From positions 9,616,973 to 9,680,972 of the forward strand of contig OZ037770.1 in assembly GCA_964035545.1 (NCBI GenBank): 64,000 nucleotides of DNA, written 5' to 3'. This document shows, one piece after another, positions 13,601 through 27,900 of this stretch. The DNA is from Bugula neritina (Eukaryota; Animalia; Bryozoa). The notes beneath the pieces were generated by a model. It was not told where the DNA came from. It was given only the letters and a program-made list of their open reading frames with translations, and did no database searches. The translations under genes and the position numbers were made by a program. Within the stretch, counting starts at the first letter, position 1, and every line of letters starts with the position of its first letter.

Positions 13601-16600
13601 TTGAATCTCAAGCTTTCTATTAAAATATCAAACATGTCTCTGTGCTAGTTAGAAAGAAAGCTATACTAAGGGAAGATAACTTAAAACAGAAAATAAAAGA
13701 ATTTTAGAATGCAATAAAAGATATGTTGATCTTGAAAATAATTTAAATCCTTTACAACTTCCCTTGCTATCTTTAAGCATAGCTAATGTTAATACATGGT
13801 AACCTAGCAACGCAAATTAACTTCCCATTTAATGAACGTGTCATATTTACTTTTGACTAGATAAGGGACATGGTTGAAAGTTGAACTTTCTCATCAGGTG
13901 AGAGCAATCAACTAGTAGTTAGCTACAACTGATGTCCATTGAGAGCCGGCAAGAATTTCCAATATTAGCAAGTCAGAAGAATCACTATCAACAGTCGAAA
14001 AAATCTTACGTATTGCATTCAACTCTATGAAGACGATGCGAAAGGGAATAAACAGCTGGAAGACTAAAGTTGCTATTATACCTTCACAATTTTTAGTCAG
14101 AAATTCAATTTAGCCGAGTTTAAAATTTTATCGAGTTGCATTGCATTGTAAAAGCAACTCGTCAAATTTTTTGACTTGTGATGACTTAATAGGCCAATTT
14201 TAGAAAAACAACCAAGGAAATGATAACTCCTTGTAGATATCGGGATTCATGCTTATAATTATAGCAGCTGCCTTTTTCAATTATCGCTTTCATGCTGTCA
14301 ACTTTACTACTATTAGAAAATGAGCTTCTGCGTCAATGTGACTTCAACCATTTTCGGTAAAACTATAAAGGGGTACTGGGACAAGTGATGTTAACTGAAA
14401 CTCGGTACGTTTTTCAGCAAAGTATAAACACAACTATAGACTTGCCTGGACTTGTTCATGAGCGAAAGTATAAACCATAAACACCACTCACCTTCAGAAT
14501 ATGACCATTCAGGGGCCAGAGCTGTAAGCTTCACTTTGTCACATGGTATGACACTATCGGACATGTGCTCTGCCCCAAATATCGATGTGCTATTTTCTAT
14601 AAAAGGCAAGCAGAGATACAAATTAAATAACGCATGACAACAGGCAACTTCTATGAGATGAGTGTATGCAATAATTATTGAAAATTGTTTTCTTTTTAAA
14701 TGAACAAAGGCAACAAAAAATATTAAAATTTACCAACTTAAAATGCTCAATTTAAAATAAAAGTTCCAGCTTGCCAAGTTGAACCTTATGATTTCTATAA
14801 ATTTTTCCATCAAATCTTTAATTTTCATAACCTTGCTTTTTCTATGTGGGGAATATGCAAATGAACTTTAGCATAGGGTTTTTTTCTGGAAACTGCAAAT
14901 AATGAAATTTAAGCCTATTATTAACCCATCATTCACACCAAGTAGATATCATTGTTATGACTTACCATTTGCATCAAAGTCAGTAAAGAGATCAAAAGTG
15001 TTGTCTAATTGCAAGCCTTTTGAAAGATCGTCTGCAGAAGGAGAGCAAGGGTGTGGCATGTTAGCTGAGAGGGCGGAGTTAATCTCCTCTGTACTCATTC
15101 CATATGAATCTAAAATATGCAGTCAGCTGTCACTGGAGATATTGAGATAAAACAGTCATAAACAGAGCTAGTTAATGACATTGAATGCACATGCAAACAT
15201 CATGCATCTAGAAAACCTCAATATTTTGGAGAAAAGCATCAAGCAGCATAAGAATATAGCTAGTTTATATCAATACATGGGACAGGTGCTGCATTTCAAA
15301 AACTGTACTATAAAAACTACATTAATAGTAGTTAAAGTAAGAAATACATGTTTACCATGTTAAAGGCCCACATAAAAATTCATCCCAGCGCTTATGCTTT
15401 GAATACCATACAACTAATCTACATTTCATGCAGTGTTGATATGGAATTCAGAAGAAGGAAAGCATTGGACTAAATAATTCTAACAAATTTCGGCTTAAAA
15501 CTCAATATATTTATTTGTGTCTAGAAAAAATTGTTACGAAAAAGAGATAACTACAGTGAATAATTTACTAATGAAACCCTACTAGAAGTCATTGTATTTT
15601 ATGTAGTGTATGGAGAGACCTGTGAGGTGTGTGTGGGGCAGTGAAGATGATATTTCCATTGGCAGGTCATTCAGGTGCTCCAAGTCAGGTATCTGACTGC
15701 CACCTGTGCTATGTTGGCAAGGCTCCAAAGTGACACTGCTATGTAATGACATCATGCCATCTAGTGACTTAGTCATGGCACCTGGTGGGTGGTCCAGGCT
15801 TGCATATCTTGACTGACTGTTACTAGCGTCCACACTACTATCTGTAACTATCTTTGCATTGTTCAATGCTGGTAACATGTAGTGAGATTCAAAGTTCGAG
15901 GTGGTGGGTTGGTAGGAGGGGGCTCCCAATGAGCTAGATGACTGACTATGGGCAATAGGCTTTGGCAAGATCATCTACAAATAGCAGACCGTGACTGATA
16001 TTACCTTGTGTCAAATTTTACTAAATTTTTATATTGAAACATAATGTGAAATGTATAATTATTTTATGACAATGCCAATGGACTTACTTAAAAACAAAAT
16101 TAAAACTACAAGCCATATTATATTGGAAATAAAGTAAAATACTGGCAATGAAGTTCGTGTGATTCTATAGCCAAAAGAACTGAACAGCTTTCTTATATTA
16201 AAAATAAAACTTTTTAAAAAATATAACCTAGTTGCTAACTCCATTATGTTATTAAATTTGAAAATTGCCACTTGTCTTTACATGTCAACTAACTACATTG
16301 AGAAATAAAATGGCAAATACCTTAGGTGCTGGGCTAAACAACCTAGCACTTTGTTCAACATTTTGGTCTGATGGAGTAGGCGTTAGCCTAGAAGTAAACT
16401 GACTAGATGATAAGCTATCACAGGTATATTGAATGTGTTTAGAGTCTGCAGCATCTTGTAACACTGGTACTGTAGACTTAATAGGGTAGGTGGTGTTAGT
16501 GACATCCGGAGCAGGTGGTTGGTATGATGATATTTGTTGTAGCACAGGTCTTTGATCTACTGTACCCAACACTAGCTGCACATTGCTATTGGGAATCTGT

Positions 16601-19600
16601 AACATGACAAAACATACATACAGTTATGTTCATTTAGAAATAAGGATAAGCAGCTAACATCTGCATAACATCTACATCTAATATGATTTTAATAGATGCT
16701 GCCTGTTATTTTTAGAAACTGCATTTGCAAAATCTCAACATTTGAGGGAGAAGAAGACTAAATCAATTTGTTGGTTAAAATAAATATTTGTGCTAAGGTG
16801 AATCACTACTAATAAATATTAACTAATAAAAACAATATAATATAATTTTAAAGTGAATTTGGCCACAATATTGTCATCTGTAGAGCATAAAGTTGACCTC
16901 TTGACCATGTGTGTTGAGAACAGATGTACAGTTTTTAAAAGAGAATACAACTCCTACAACTTAATTTTCAAACCAACAAACTATAGAATTTTGAAACTCC
17001 TATATTAGGATATAATTATCAGGACCACAGAAAATACATTTAACTGAACTGTAATATAGATTTGATGAGCGCAGATTGGTATATTTATGAAGCTGACCAG
17101 CTTTTACCAACCTGGAAAGTGTTGGAATTCTGTGGCTGGGTAGAATGCACTACATAGGAGCAGTTGTTTTCTAGACTAAGTACCCACTGGGCAGTGACCT
17201 TCACCCCATTAGCATTAGTCTGGGAGAGCAGAAGGTTGTCTATCATTTTGCTGATCTGATCCAGACTGGGAGGTACAAAGTTGAGGCACTTTCTAGCTGC
17301 TGGATCATCAGGGCTATTATCTGTAACATAGGGGAGTAGAACAATCTAGAACAAATCCCACGTATGCAGATAGAATAGACTAGAACAGGGGTGGGCAACT
17401 TCTTTTGCATGAGGGCCAAGTTCAGAAGTCAGCCAAAACAAAGGGCCACATTATTTTACCTGTATTAAATCTTATTATAATACAGTAATTTGTCACCAAA
17501 CTTATACTGTGCTAATCGGAATGCATACAACAGTTTTGATTACCTTAAGCATTAAAAGGGAGATAAAAAAATTGGCAAAGGGCCATAGAAAAATGGGCAA
17601 AGGGCGACAGGTGGCCCTGGGGTCGCCAATTGCCCGCCCCTGCACCAGAACATATCCCATATGTAAAATATATTCCCCATGTAGGTAGAATTTACTAGAA
17701 TATGTACCACATGTAAGTAGAACATAACATTTCCCATATCTAGGTAGAATATACTAGATTCTAGCACATATAAGGTATAACATAGATAGAATACAGGAGT
17801 CGAACATATAAAACACAATCTCACAGCAACTGCATAAGATTGTGATTATAACTGTCCCACAATGCATAGTATCAACAATCATAGGTTACAACCTCCAAGG
17901 AAATAGGCTGAAATATTACATTATATATTCTTCTAGCATAATTGGAGTGACTAAGCATATGGTACTATACTATAGCTGTGGCATTTCTCAAACTACGGAA
18001 TTGTCACGCATCATGTGCAACTCTAAATGTTACAGAATGTCAGTATATCTGTTGTCAATGACGACAAGAGTACTCCAATGTTTTATCTCAATTTCATCAC
18101 TCAGAAGGATTTATAATGAGACACAAGTTTTTATTCTCCAGACAGCAGCAGTAGTAATTAGCTGCAAACTAAATTTAACAACAAATTTACAAAAAGATAA
18201 GTGTTTTGAAATAAAAAAGTATCTATTTAGCTTTTTTATTAGTAAGATATTTGCCCAGAATGAAAATACTTTTGAATAGCATAGAATTTTGGCAGCAGAA
18301 AACTTCAGAGTGCGTGAAACACTTACACATTGGCAAGACCTGCTGGACCAATTCCTCTCTAGACCAAACTCTCTTGTCACAGTTTCTAAGGGAGGGTAGA
18401 GGAGCATCGCGCCCTTCCACAGGGGCATTTAAATAGTGGACTAGGACTATACTGGGATTAGCTGTGAGGGAATAGCATCTCCGATGAAAAGAAGACAAGA
18501 TGGCGGAGTGCACGTAATGGCCGCTTATAACCTGCAAGATGAAAGGTTTACGTATCATAATTTGCCGAACAAATGGCGAGACTAACTCAAGAATTATATT
18601 GAATGCGGTCAACCTTCATTAATTGATGATATAATACTATTAATTAATAAATGTTATTATTGCATACATTTCCTGATGATAAAAGAATAATTGGCCAATT
18701 AATGCATGCCACTACCTAGAGTGAGCTTGCAAAGTCAATATCTTATTAGAAAAGGAAATATTGTGCAGTGTTCAACTGAATATCCTGATTACAATGATGA
18801 AAGGAGTCTTTAAGAATGAGAGGCATATGTTTACTTGCAGTTGTTCACAATAGTGTCTACAATCTACATAGTATATAATACAGTATATTGTAGTTAGATA
18901 GTGTAGTATAATTATGTATTTTAGTAATGTAGTATAGTACCTACTGTAATAGAATAATGCAGCATAATAGTGTGTTACAATGATGCATGTAGTATAATAA
19001 TTTTATACAATAATGTAGTAAAATAAGAGATAAAAAGTCTTTATATTATCAATTAAAGTTTAAACATTCAAAAACCTCATCAATGTATGTAAAAAATTTA
19101 ATTTAGTATGGACACTATTTAATTTTTTTAACAAACTTTTCCTCAACAAAAACATACTAAACTACATATGTAGGAAACAAGAAATAACACTTGAAAAACT
19201 TGAACTCAGCAGGCAATAAAACCTACATACTAATAAGTGAGTAGACAACAAACTCACATCAGCCCCTTTCACTTTCAGCTTCATATGATCTTCTCTAGTA
19301 TTCTTTCCATCTTTCCTGGTTTTCCAAATATACCCATCCCTGCGATACGCCATGCCGACCGACTTCTTATCATATATTATCATGGAGCCATTGGGAGGCA
19401 GAGAGAGCACTTCTTCTCTCATCCATTCTTTGTGATTGGAGACAGCCGTCAAAATCGAATAAATCTCCTGGAAAATAAAGTAAGTTACAATCTTGAGTTT
19501 TCAGCTTTGTCAAAAACTCACTCACTCACTCACCCACCCACCAACCCACTCACTCACTCACTCACTCACTCACTAAACAGCAGTTCTAATTCATTTGAGA

Positions 19601-21910
19601 ACAAAACCACAGTTACGGCAAGAGATAAAGCTGTTTCTTAACATTTGCTACAAAACATTTTATTTCAAAAACTCAACAAAACTACTAACATATATATGAA
19701 TAGGCTTTCCCATAGATAACCAGTGAACAGTTTTTATACACTCAATACGAAGAAGAGAACAGATTTTTGATTTTAAGGTACTTGGTATTTGGTAAACAAA
19801 CCTCACTAGTGTTCCACCTATAACGTCTACCAGGAGCACCGCTAAGTACATTGTTAGGTCCACTGCTTGAGTTAGACTTGGTCTGGACACAAGTATCTGC
19901 ATCCACAGGCAGAGCGGCAGTGGTCTGAGTCTCTACAGGAAGAAGAGGAACAGCATCACTAGCTGACTGGCATATCATATGAGTATAACTAGTATGTCAT
20001 TTGAGTATATCTATTATATAATGTGAGTCCATCTAGTATACCATATGAGTATATCTAGTATATAAAATGAATATACCCAGTATATAATGTGAGTATATCT
20101 ATTATAAAATGTGAGTATATCTAGTATACCATATGAGTATATCTAGTATACCATATGAGTATATCTAGTATATAATATGAGTCTATCTAGTATACCATGT
20201 GAGTATAACTAGTATAATAGAATGTGCCGGACAATGTAGTCAAAGGTACCGTCACATTTACATACTTGTATCTTTTGGGAATAAAATTAAACAATATGTT
20301 GTTATATAATGCAAATTTCACTTTTCACAGCATTTAATATCAGATGATGGACAGGATAATATGGACAAAATATGTAAAACATATACATACATCCAACAAT
20401 ACATATACACTATTTATTATATGTAGTATTATGATCTAAAACTCAATAGTAGCATATCATTAAAAAATGATGCAAGCTGTAAAAAATGCTTTTTAGATTT
20501 ATGAAGTATAGAGATAATGAGTGATATAAAAGTACAATCAGTAAGATGGAAGGGTGAAAGTGTTTGAGGACTTTGGGCTATGACAAAGATTAAAGTGGCA
20601 CCTCCATGAGATTTTTGTTTGTTGGAAGGGGTTGTTACACTAGAGCTCAAAAATATGTTAGATTCAGAAACACTAGCTTTTTGTTGATTGAAAAACTACT
20701 GCTACTCAACAGTAACTATAAAATCATTCAAAATATCTCTCTAAAAGGCAAAATATAGAAATAAGGAAGCAGCAAAATAAATGACTAAAGCTGCATGTAC
20801 ACAGGCCGATTTTTCAGCCGATTTTGTACTAGTCGATTTCGCTACTGCTGATTGCAAAATCGGTGGGGAAAAATCTAGATGTTTTATTGGCGGTAGGCTC
20901 TCAGTCTATATAACTCTCTTGGGTTTATGAGCAGAGGTCAAGATCAGTTGTATGTGCTTTGGCATAGTAATCAATCAAAGTATTTCAACTTCGACATTTC
21001 TGTTTATTCTGATGTTCTAATAAATAAAAACTGAATAAAATAAACTGGCCGGGTATAATTTGTCAACAGCTTTCTGCATTTGAAATTTGCGTAAAAATGA
21101 ATCGCTAATTTTAGTATTAAATTAAAAAGCAAATATTTAACCAGATTTAATATCTATACTTATCCATGAATTACTAAGCTACACTATTAACATCACTTAC
21201 CAAGTTTTTAAGCTATTTAGTTTAAAACTAGAAGTTTAACTCAATCGTTATTGTTTATATAGTTAATGAAAACTATAGATCACACCAAATCTGTTTTCTA
21301 AAAAAATATATATTCAAATTATAACTTTAAGATACTCATACTAATACTGGTTACATGAATATAAAAACAACAACATATAAACTACAAGTTATAAATTATA
21401 TTATACATGAGTAAAAGTTAAGAATAATACTAATTTTCTATTTAAAAAAAGAGCAATATTAAAGGCATTTTCCATGAAGGTGAAACTAACTTTCTCAAAG
21501 TTACACAACAACCAATGCATTGTTATTACTACTACTGCTGTTGATAGTTATTTTAATTAAATGTATTTCATATATGATGTATTATAGTGATAGCAAGGTA
21601 TTAATTACTTGCTGGTTGTATTTCAACAATGGTGTTAATTTCGCTTGCTGTCATGATTTTCTGCCACCTTTTGATGGGCTGGTTCAGCAGAAAATCGGCT
21701 GAAAAATTGAACATGTTCAATTCTGAAAAATCGGCCAAAAGCAAAATCTGCGATAAATTAAAAATCGTCAGACAGTTTATCGGCCATATGAAAAATCGGC
21801 TTGTGTACATGTAGCTTTAGTTAACTTGTTGAACAGTGGTAAAGGTTTGGTTGATAACAGAACTTACCTGTCTTGACACTGGAGAACTTGGAAAGTGAGT
21901 TTTCAGTCAT
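4635..21910 (-). CDS. CAMTA: Calmodulin-binding transcription activator (CG-1, TIG, ankyrin repeats, IQ motifs), ~23 coding exons
   Basis: Approximate exons in transcription order: 21910-21868, 19962-19802, 19467-19258, 18531-18327, 17320-17112, 16596-16321, 15974-15620, ~15109-14966, ~14596-14492, 13274-13149, ~12553-12424, 11922-11797, ~11013-10897, ~10411-10337, ~10219-10052, ~9640-9492, ~8952-8768, ~7973-7833, ~7307-7150, 6848-6623, 6178-6000, 5431-5232, 4689-4635 (TGA). Motifs: RWNTSEEI, YRRDGYIWKTRKDGKNTREDHMKLKV, YVHS, FHRRCY, IVLVHYLN (CG-1); APEWSYSEGGCKVLLVGPW (TIG); LFHLAAALGY, HWACALGR (ankyrin); LTLSDTEQRKLYQAA and several IQxxxRxY motifs. The start exon is the least certain part. 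Confidence 0.95.
5232..6178 (-). CDS. CAMTA: CAMTA IQ-motif (calmodulin-binding) exons
   Basis: AAQVIQHAFRQF, AAKIIQTYYRRF, AATLIQSQFRSY, AALLIQHHYRAY, AAVVIQQKFR. Confidence 0.93.
11041..11254 (-). mobile_element. tRNA-derived SINE, copy 1 (CAMTA intron)
   Basis: Minus strand reads GGAGAAGCCGTGGTCTAGAGGTTAGAGC (A-box-like) ... CATGGGTTTGAGCCC (B-box-like); body shared with four other copies. Confidence 0.8.
12837..13045 (-). mobile_element. tRNA-derived SINE, copy 2, with flanking direct repeat
   Basis: Aligns to copy 1 over ~200 bp; CACAGCAGCATATGAAATA occurs at both 12818-12836 and 13039-13057 (TSD-like). Confidence 0.82.
14060..14386. repeat. Unclassified dispersed repeat; inverted second copy at ~48335-48740
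   Basis: GAGTTGCATTGCATTGTAAAAGC...GGCCAATTTTAGAA and CTATAAAGGGGTAC here match the reverse complement of 48596-48670 and 48346-48360. Confidence 0.7.
17386..17642. mobile_element. hAT-type MITE (257 bp)
   Basis: TIRs CAGGGGTGGGCAA...TTGCCCGCCCCTG; degenerate 8-bp flanks GACTAGAA / CACCAGAA (6/8). CAGGG termini and 8-bp TSDs are typical of hAT. Confidence 0.75.
18327..19962 (-). CDS. CAMTA: CAMTA CG-1 DNA-binding domain exons
   Basis: Three GT-AG-bounded exons join in frame: ...RRYRWNTSE|EIYSILTAVSNHKEW...KLKVKGAD|VISGHYVHSAILSSFHRRCYSLTANPSIVLVHYLNAP. Confidence 0.95.
19515..19573. repeat. (CACT)n microsatellite, interrupted
   Basis: ACTCACTCACTC...CACCCACC...CACTCACT. Confidence 0.9.
19975..20220. 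repeat. 22-23 bp minisatellite in CAMTA intron
   Basis: About 10-11 units of GAGTATATCTAGTATACCATAT / GAGTATATCTAGTATATAATGT. Confidence 0.9.
20789..21816. mobile_element. Non-autonomous TIR element, PIF/Harbinger-like (~1 kb)
   Basis: Left AGCTGCATGTACACAGGCCGATTTTTCA vs reverse complement of the right end AGCTACATGTACACAAGCCGATTTTTCA (26/28); flanked by TAA / TTA; repeated subterminal AAAATCGGC motifs; no transposase. Confidence 0.75.
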
Positions 21911-24900
21911 GATGATAGTTGAAGGCACTAGGAACACATGTTACTGCTTGAGGCTGTGGCAGTAAAGTGGGAGGCCACCTTTTGCGTTACGGTCATCTTT
22001 ATATAAGTCAGCGGGGTAGGTCAGCGTTCATCTTGCTTGATATTTACTGTCATAACAATTCACTTTATACAGCAAAGAATTTGCTACCAGCAAATACCAC
22101 ATCACTAGATAATCATTCTCAGGCAACATGTTGGACTACAGCCAAAGCACGGTACAAAACCAGATTTTTATATGTCGAGTATTTGATAGAAATATCAGCT
22201 GAGATGTGCACTGTGGTTCCAAGCTTCCATTATTCGAAACATGGAAACAGTTGCATAAAAGCACAACCAATAAAGTTCATGCAAACAGCAACTGCACTGC
22301 TTTTCCATGATTACCAAGGTCATCAAATAGCAATGCTAAAATATTTTATTTAAAATAAAATGGAAAAATTCTTCATTTTGAAACTGTTCATGTCTCACAC
22401 TTAGCACCATTGACCACAGTAGCCTGGCAGGTTTTAGTTCATGTCTACAGTCTACACTAATAATGGTTAATTAAAGCCATCAATAGCAGCCACTACATCC
22501 GAATACCATCTGTTTATAGTTTATGATGTGGTCACTGAGTGATAATTCAAACAATTATTTTAAAAGCTTACAAATATTATTCTTTTCGGAGAAAAACACT
22601 CAAGTAGCATTATAACTTCAAGCTGACTTTTTTAGGTCTCAACCCTGGCTGACAACCAGTTAAACTTATACAACTGAGGGCTGGTTCAGTGGAAAGTCAT
22701 TTCTACTCATGTGGGTGGTTCATAGTGAATGACTTGCACGAATGAATTATTAATGAATTGCGTGGTAATGCATCACTAGAAAGAGGAGTATAAGCTTACA
22801 TAATTACTAATTCAACAGACTTTACAAATGAATTTACTGTAAATCTTGAGAATTCAAAGTGTATATCTCTGGAATACAAAATAAACAGGCTAATAAAGCC
22901 ACTTGGTTGTGAACTAAAATGTATGTATAGTATGCCTCAAAGACGATGCGTTTTATCAAATCAGTTTTGTATGCAGGGAAAACAAAATTTACATATTTAC
23001 TGGAGCGTAAATGCCCAACATATAACATACAATTATAACTTGGAATCAAGGTAGATTATTGGGTAAAACTGCACTATAACTGCATTGCTGTGTGTTGCCT
23101 TATATTACAATATAAGGCCACATGTTTCAATATAAAAATGTAGATTAAATAGAAAAATCTAGGAATTTTAGCACTAAATATCAATATACAAAAAGGTAGA
23201 TAATTTAGCTGAAATACTTAGCATTTGAAAAAAAGCGTACAAGAGAAGCATAGAGTGTTTTGGCAAGAATTAATTTTCTAGAATCTGTTAACATCAATCA
23301 ATTTGTTGAGGATTGACTAAACACTAAATTAGCTTTGGAAAAATTGCTACTTTGAAATCATGAATGTTGTAAAAAGTAAAAACATCAGGACCAATATCTA
23401 TTCAATGAGGTGTTTTGAGGAACAATGGCCAATCGGAACAGCAATAATTCAGAAATCTAAAAATATTTTCACCAGTAAGTCTATAGTTGCACATAGTTCT
23501 GCCTAAAACTTAAAAACAATAACATTAGTCCAGAAATATTTTAACAGTGGCTCATGCTGATATTTAATAACCGTTAGTAACATAAAATAAGAGTTTCAAT
23601 AAAGAAAACAAACTTTTAAAAAGTTTTGAGTCTTTAACTAGCCTACCATTTTAAGATTAGAGATGATAAGGATGGCATAGTTTAATGATAGAAGCCCACA
23701 CATTAGGCTAATCAAATAAACTTCCATTTGAATTTAAGCTTTATGTCAAACATTATCACTATTGAAATGTTTAAGGACACCAACCTTGAAAACATTAGGC
23801 ATCAGTTGAAAATCATCTAGCAAGATGACTGATACTAACCACACTTGCATAATTACTGACAAATACATTGTACTATTAGCAATGCCACTTATTACAGGTA
23901 CATTATAGGTCGATATGTTTGTTGGTAATTAATGAGATTGAGCACAAACATTGACTTATCATGCAATTGGCAGCCAAGTGAAGGCAAATATTGATCGTCT
24001 TATCTCTCAAAATGCTCAAATATAATAGAAGTATGTAAAACTAAAAACAGGTTCTACCCTACCACCTACATTGGTAATGTTATGTTAGCTTACAGTGCTA
24101 GTGGGCATTATTTCCAATAATGATATATGTAGTTCAAAGAATTTTGTATAAAAATAAATGTAAAATCTGCTAACAAACATCGCCCCCTGTTCCCTTAGCG
24201 GGACTTGACATTTACCCTTTCTTTTTCTAGGTATTTGACCAGCTATTTGCAGCGCACACAAAACTCTGGAGTATTGAAGGCAGCAGGTATGAGAGACTAT
24301 AATAGAAAACGTTTATTCCCAAAGGGCATCACATGATAAAGAGATGGAAGATGGGCACTGAACAGATAGGAGCCAAGTATTTGATTTTTTAGGAGACAGG
24401 GTTCAACACAATGCCAAGTCAAAGTAATGGTAAAACAAGGTTTCAAGATTAGTTTTTAGCTCAATTAATTACCATAACAGCTATTTATTAACCAGTTCAT
24501 GTATTTCTGTTACTCAAAGACATTCAACTAATGCAGATTTCAACCAACCTTATACCATTGAATACTTGGTAAATGCATCAATGAAGTAAATTTATTTTAT
24601 TCTGAAGAAAACGAAGCACAACTTATCCACTGGGTAGGCAATGAGCTTGCTTAAATCTAAATTCTAGAACAATGCTTAAATCTAGGTTCTAGAATAATGC
24701 CATTTCATCCTATTATAACAGGCAAAGGAGTTAAATATCTGCACCATTTATGGATGAATAAAATTTAAATTTCTAAATCTCACGCCTTTCTTGCTGAAAG
24801 CTGCTATGAGGTGCTAGAACAATATAAGAATGATGAAAGTTTACAGGTGTTAACAGGTGTTTATGGGTGCAAAAAACAGCAAGACTGCTCCTGTCAGTCA

Positions 24901-27900
24901 GGAAAGATTGGCATGTTTACATGCAAAATACAAAAGGTCTGACCTATAAAAATCATAGTTGAGAATTCATTACTATATTATGTTGCAGCTACAGAAATAT
25001 ATGCAAATATGATTGATTTGCAACCAGTAAGAAAAAACACAAAGCTTTAGTTTTTAATATTTGATAAGTGCGTGTTTACTTAAAACTTAAAACATTTTTA
25101 ATCCTGAAAACTCAGCTAAAATATGTTTTATTTCCTGGATAGGATAGATTGTAGGCTAATACTTAGATACCTATCTTGACAATATTGAATGCTCATTACT
25201 GTGACTATGTTGAAATACAAATATCACTGCTAGCACGCTTATTTATATAAAAGCATTAGAAATACAATACCTATAGACAAATTAAAAATATTTAATAAGC
25301 TTGCCAGCTGCTGAAAAACTTGTTTGCTTATTTATTTCCCACCGATTGGATTTAGGCTCAAATATCATCCAACAGCAAGGAGAATGTTTGGCTGTCATAT
25401 GCAGCTGCCAGATGATTTATCGAGAAAGCAAATGTGCAGATGTGTGCCAATCTATGCACTACAGCTAGCAATGAAGTATAAAAAATGTTTTCTGACATTT
25501 TAACAAAAATGTGTAATAAAAATGTCTAATTTTGTTCAAACAAGATAGAAAGTTGTTTAAAAATAAACTGTAGCAACACTATTGGGTTTTACATGGCAGA
25601 GTCAATCAAAAATCAAAAACATAAGTTGAAAGACAACCAGAAGTTTGCTCCAGTTACAGTTCCGTAAACTACCGTGTCTAGATTTCTATATAGCGGTGCA
25701 GAATAATCAAACTAAACATTTTAAACGCAAAATTGCAGATGGCATGCAGTGGGCCAATTGAATGCAATATATAAACAAATAAATAAACTGAAATTACAAA
25801 GAATTAGCTCCTTACAAGCTGGGCACAGATATCATGTAGCTTATTGGCTAATCATTGATACATTCTGACTGGGGGCTACGAGACTAAGTACACTAATATA
25901 CAATTATTATAGTACTGAAAGACGATTATTAAGTTATTATCCTTTATAATCATCCAAATTATAGCTTGAAGCAGATTTCCATTATAGAGCTTTAGTTTTA
26001 CCCTCTCTAGTTAGTAGCTAAATAATAGTAAATGTCAATGGCAGTTGAATGACGTATTTGTTATAAATGTCAAAAATAACCTTTTAAAAAGAGAAATGAA
26101 TGGTTAAAATTTATGGCATATTTTGTCAAATTGGATTTACAGTTAGTAGGTGACCAAGCAAACAGTGAAAGATACAGTTCATCAAGTAGTTACTCAACTC
26201 ATGCTGTATTTATATATGTATATCCAGCTGACTTGTCACTGGTAAGCAAATGGTAGATATATATCAACTCTGAGTTCAGCCAGAGACGTAGTCCTGAGAG
26301 AATAGATGATAATGCTGCCAATAGCAACAGGGGAGTTCTTTGAGCTCTATATCGGAGAGTTTATTTCCAACTGCATATTATATAGTGACAGCCTATAGTT
26401 ACAGAATCTAATGTCAAAGCACCAGGAGGCCCAAAGGTTTTTAGTATAGCACACCAGAGCAATTAAGCTGCCGTCTTATTCCTTACATCAAACTCATAGC
26501 ATTAAGTTTTAATTTGGGTTCAAAAGTTTGAAATTTTGAAAATGTAAGACCATTTTAAGTATATCCAGCTTTAAGTCACTGAATCTGTACATACTTATAG
26601 TTTGTTTTGTTTACAAGAATATTACTCAATTACTAATCAATAATTTTCAGCCTTCTATTATTGCAATAAGTTTTTTAAATAGTAACAGGTTTACATACAT
26701 GATTGTTTAGTAAAGTCGCACCAGTTCATAAATCTTAGCACTGCTAGTAACTTTTGAAATGAAAGTTAACTTTTTTAAATCATTAACCAATGAATGAACT
26801 AAAATATATAACTCAAGAGATATTTTTAAGAGATGATATATTTATAACTATCAATATCAAATTATAAATTATAAAGCTAATATCTAAGCACAACTAAGCA
26901 GTTGTGTTTGAGTGCAGACAAAATTCTAAAATTTAATTTCTGGTGAATAAAGCTTACAAAAACTTAATAAGTTTTAAAGCGTAGAATGGTAGCCTATCAA
27001 GGGGTGTTGGACTATTTACTTTCAAACCAGTATTGGAAAGATTGATAAAATAAAAAGTGATCAAGGAGATTATTTCAATAGCAAATTTCAACTAGTTACT
27101 CATTTATAGCAAAGAGAAGAGGCCATTTTCTAAAGGTTCTACCTTCAGACACTAAAGGTGTATAGCCAGGTGCTAAGTTATATGTAAAGGTGTTGCAACA
27201 GGTACCAGGCACATTGCATACCCCCTTCCTACAAATAAAATTATGAGGCAGCTACTATTAATAAATTTCCTTGTACAACAAGAGAAAGCCATAAGCGGAG
27301 ACAAAATAGTTAGGAAATAGTTTCAAAACTAAATAAAGTGAAGAATTCAAATAACTACTACAAATAACTAGGACAAAGTTGTAGTTATTTATACTTAAAT
27401 GCAATTCACCAACATGACCAGAAGATCTAAATACTCCAGAACGGCAGCAGGAGTGAATCTCAAGCTCTAAAACACTTAGCCTACATGAAACAGTTTTACC
27501 ACAGAATTGCCTAAAACTGTCAGCTTACAAATCACTAAATATTGAAATCAACTTTAAATGAGAAAGCAAATCTGACCAAAACTAGTCAACAGCAAAATGA
27601 GTGGTAAATTAGAGCTGTAGTGTAAAATTGGAACTAGTGAGCTTACACACCCAAATAGCATTACTAATATAATGCAAGAACCAAGTTGTCAATGGTCTAT
27701 TGATCTTTCAGAAATCGCTGGAGTTGACATTTATGTTCATAATGCCTTGTCAATTAGATGAAGTTATTGAAGTGTGGAGGTTCTGCCAACAGGCAACTGT
27801 TGGTAGGCAGTGAAAGTACAATGAATTTCATTTAGCCACAGAGCTTTTATTTTTAATTTAATAAATTAACAAGATAACAGTTTACTAGCAGTCAAATTGG

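Noticed and set aside
24600-24950. Possible decayed transposase fragment (…AESCYEVLEQYKNDESLQVLTG…)
   Set aside because: Too short and degenerate to assign without a search; no termini found.
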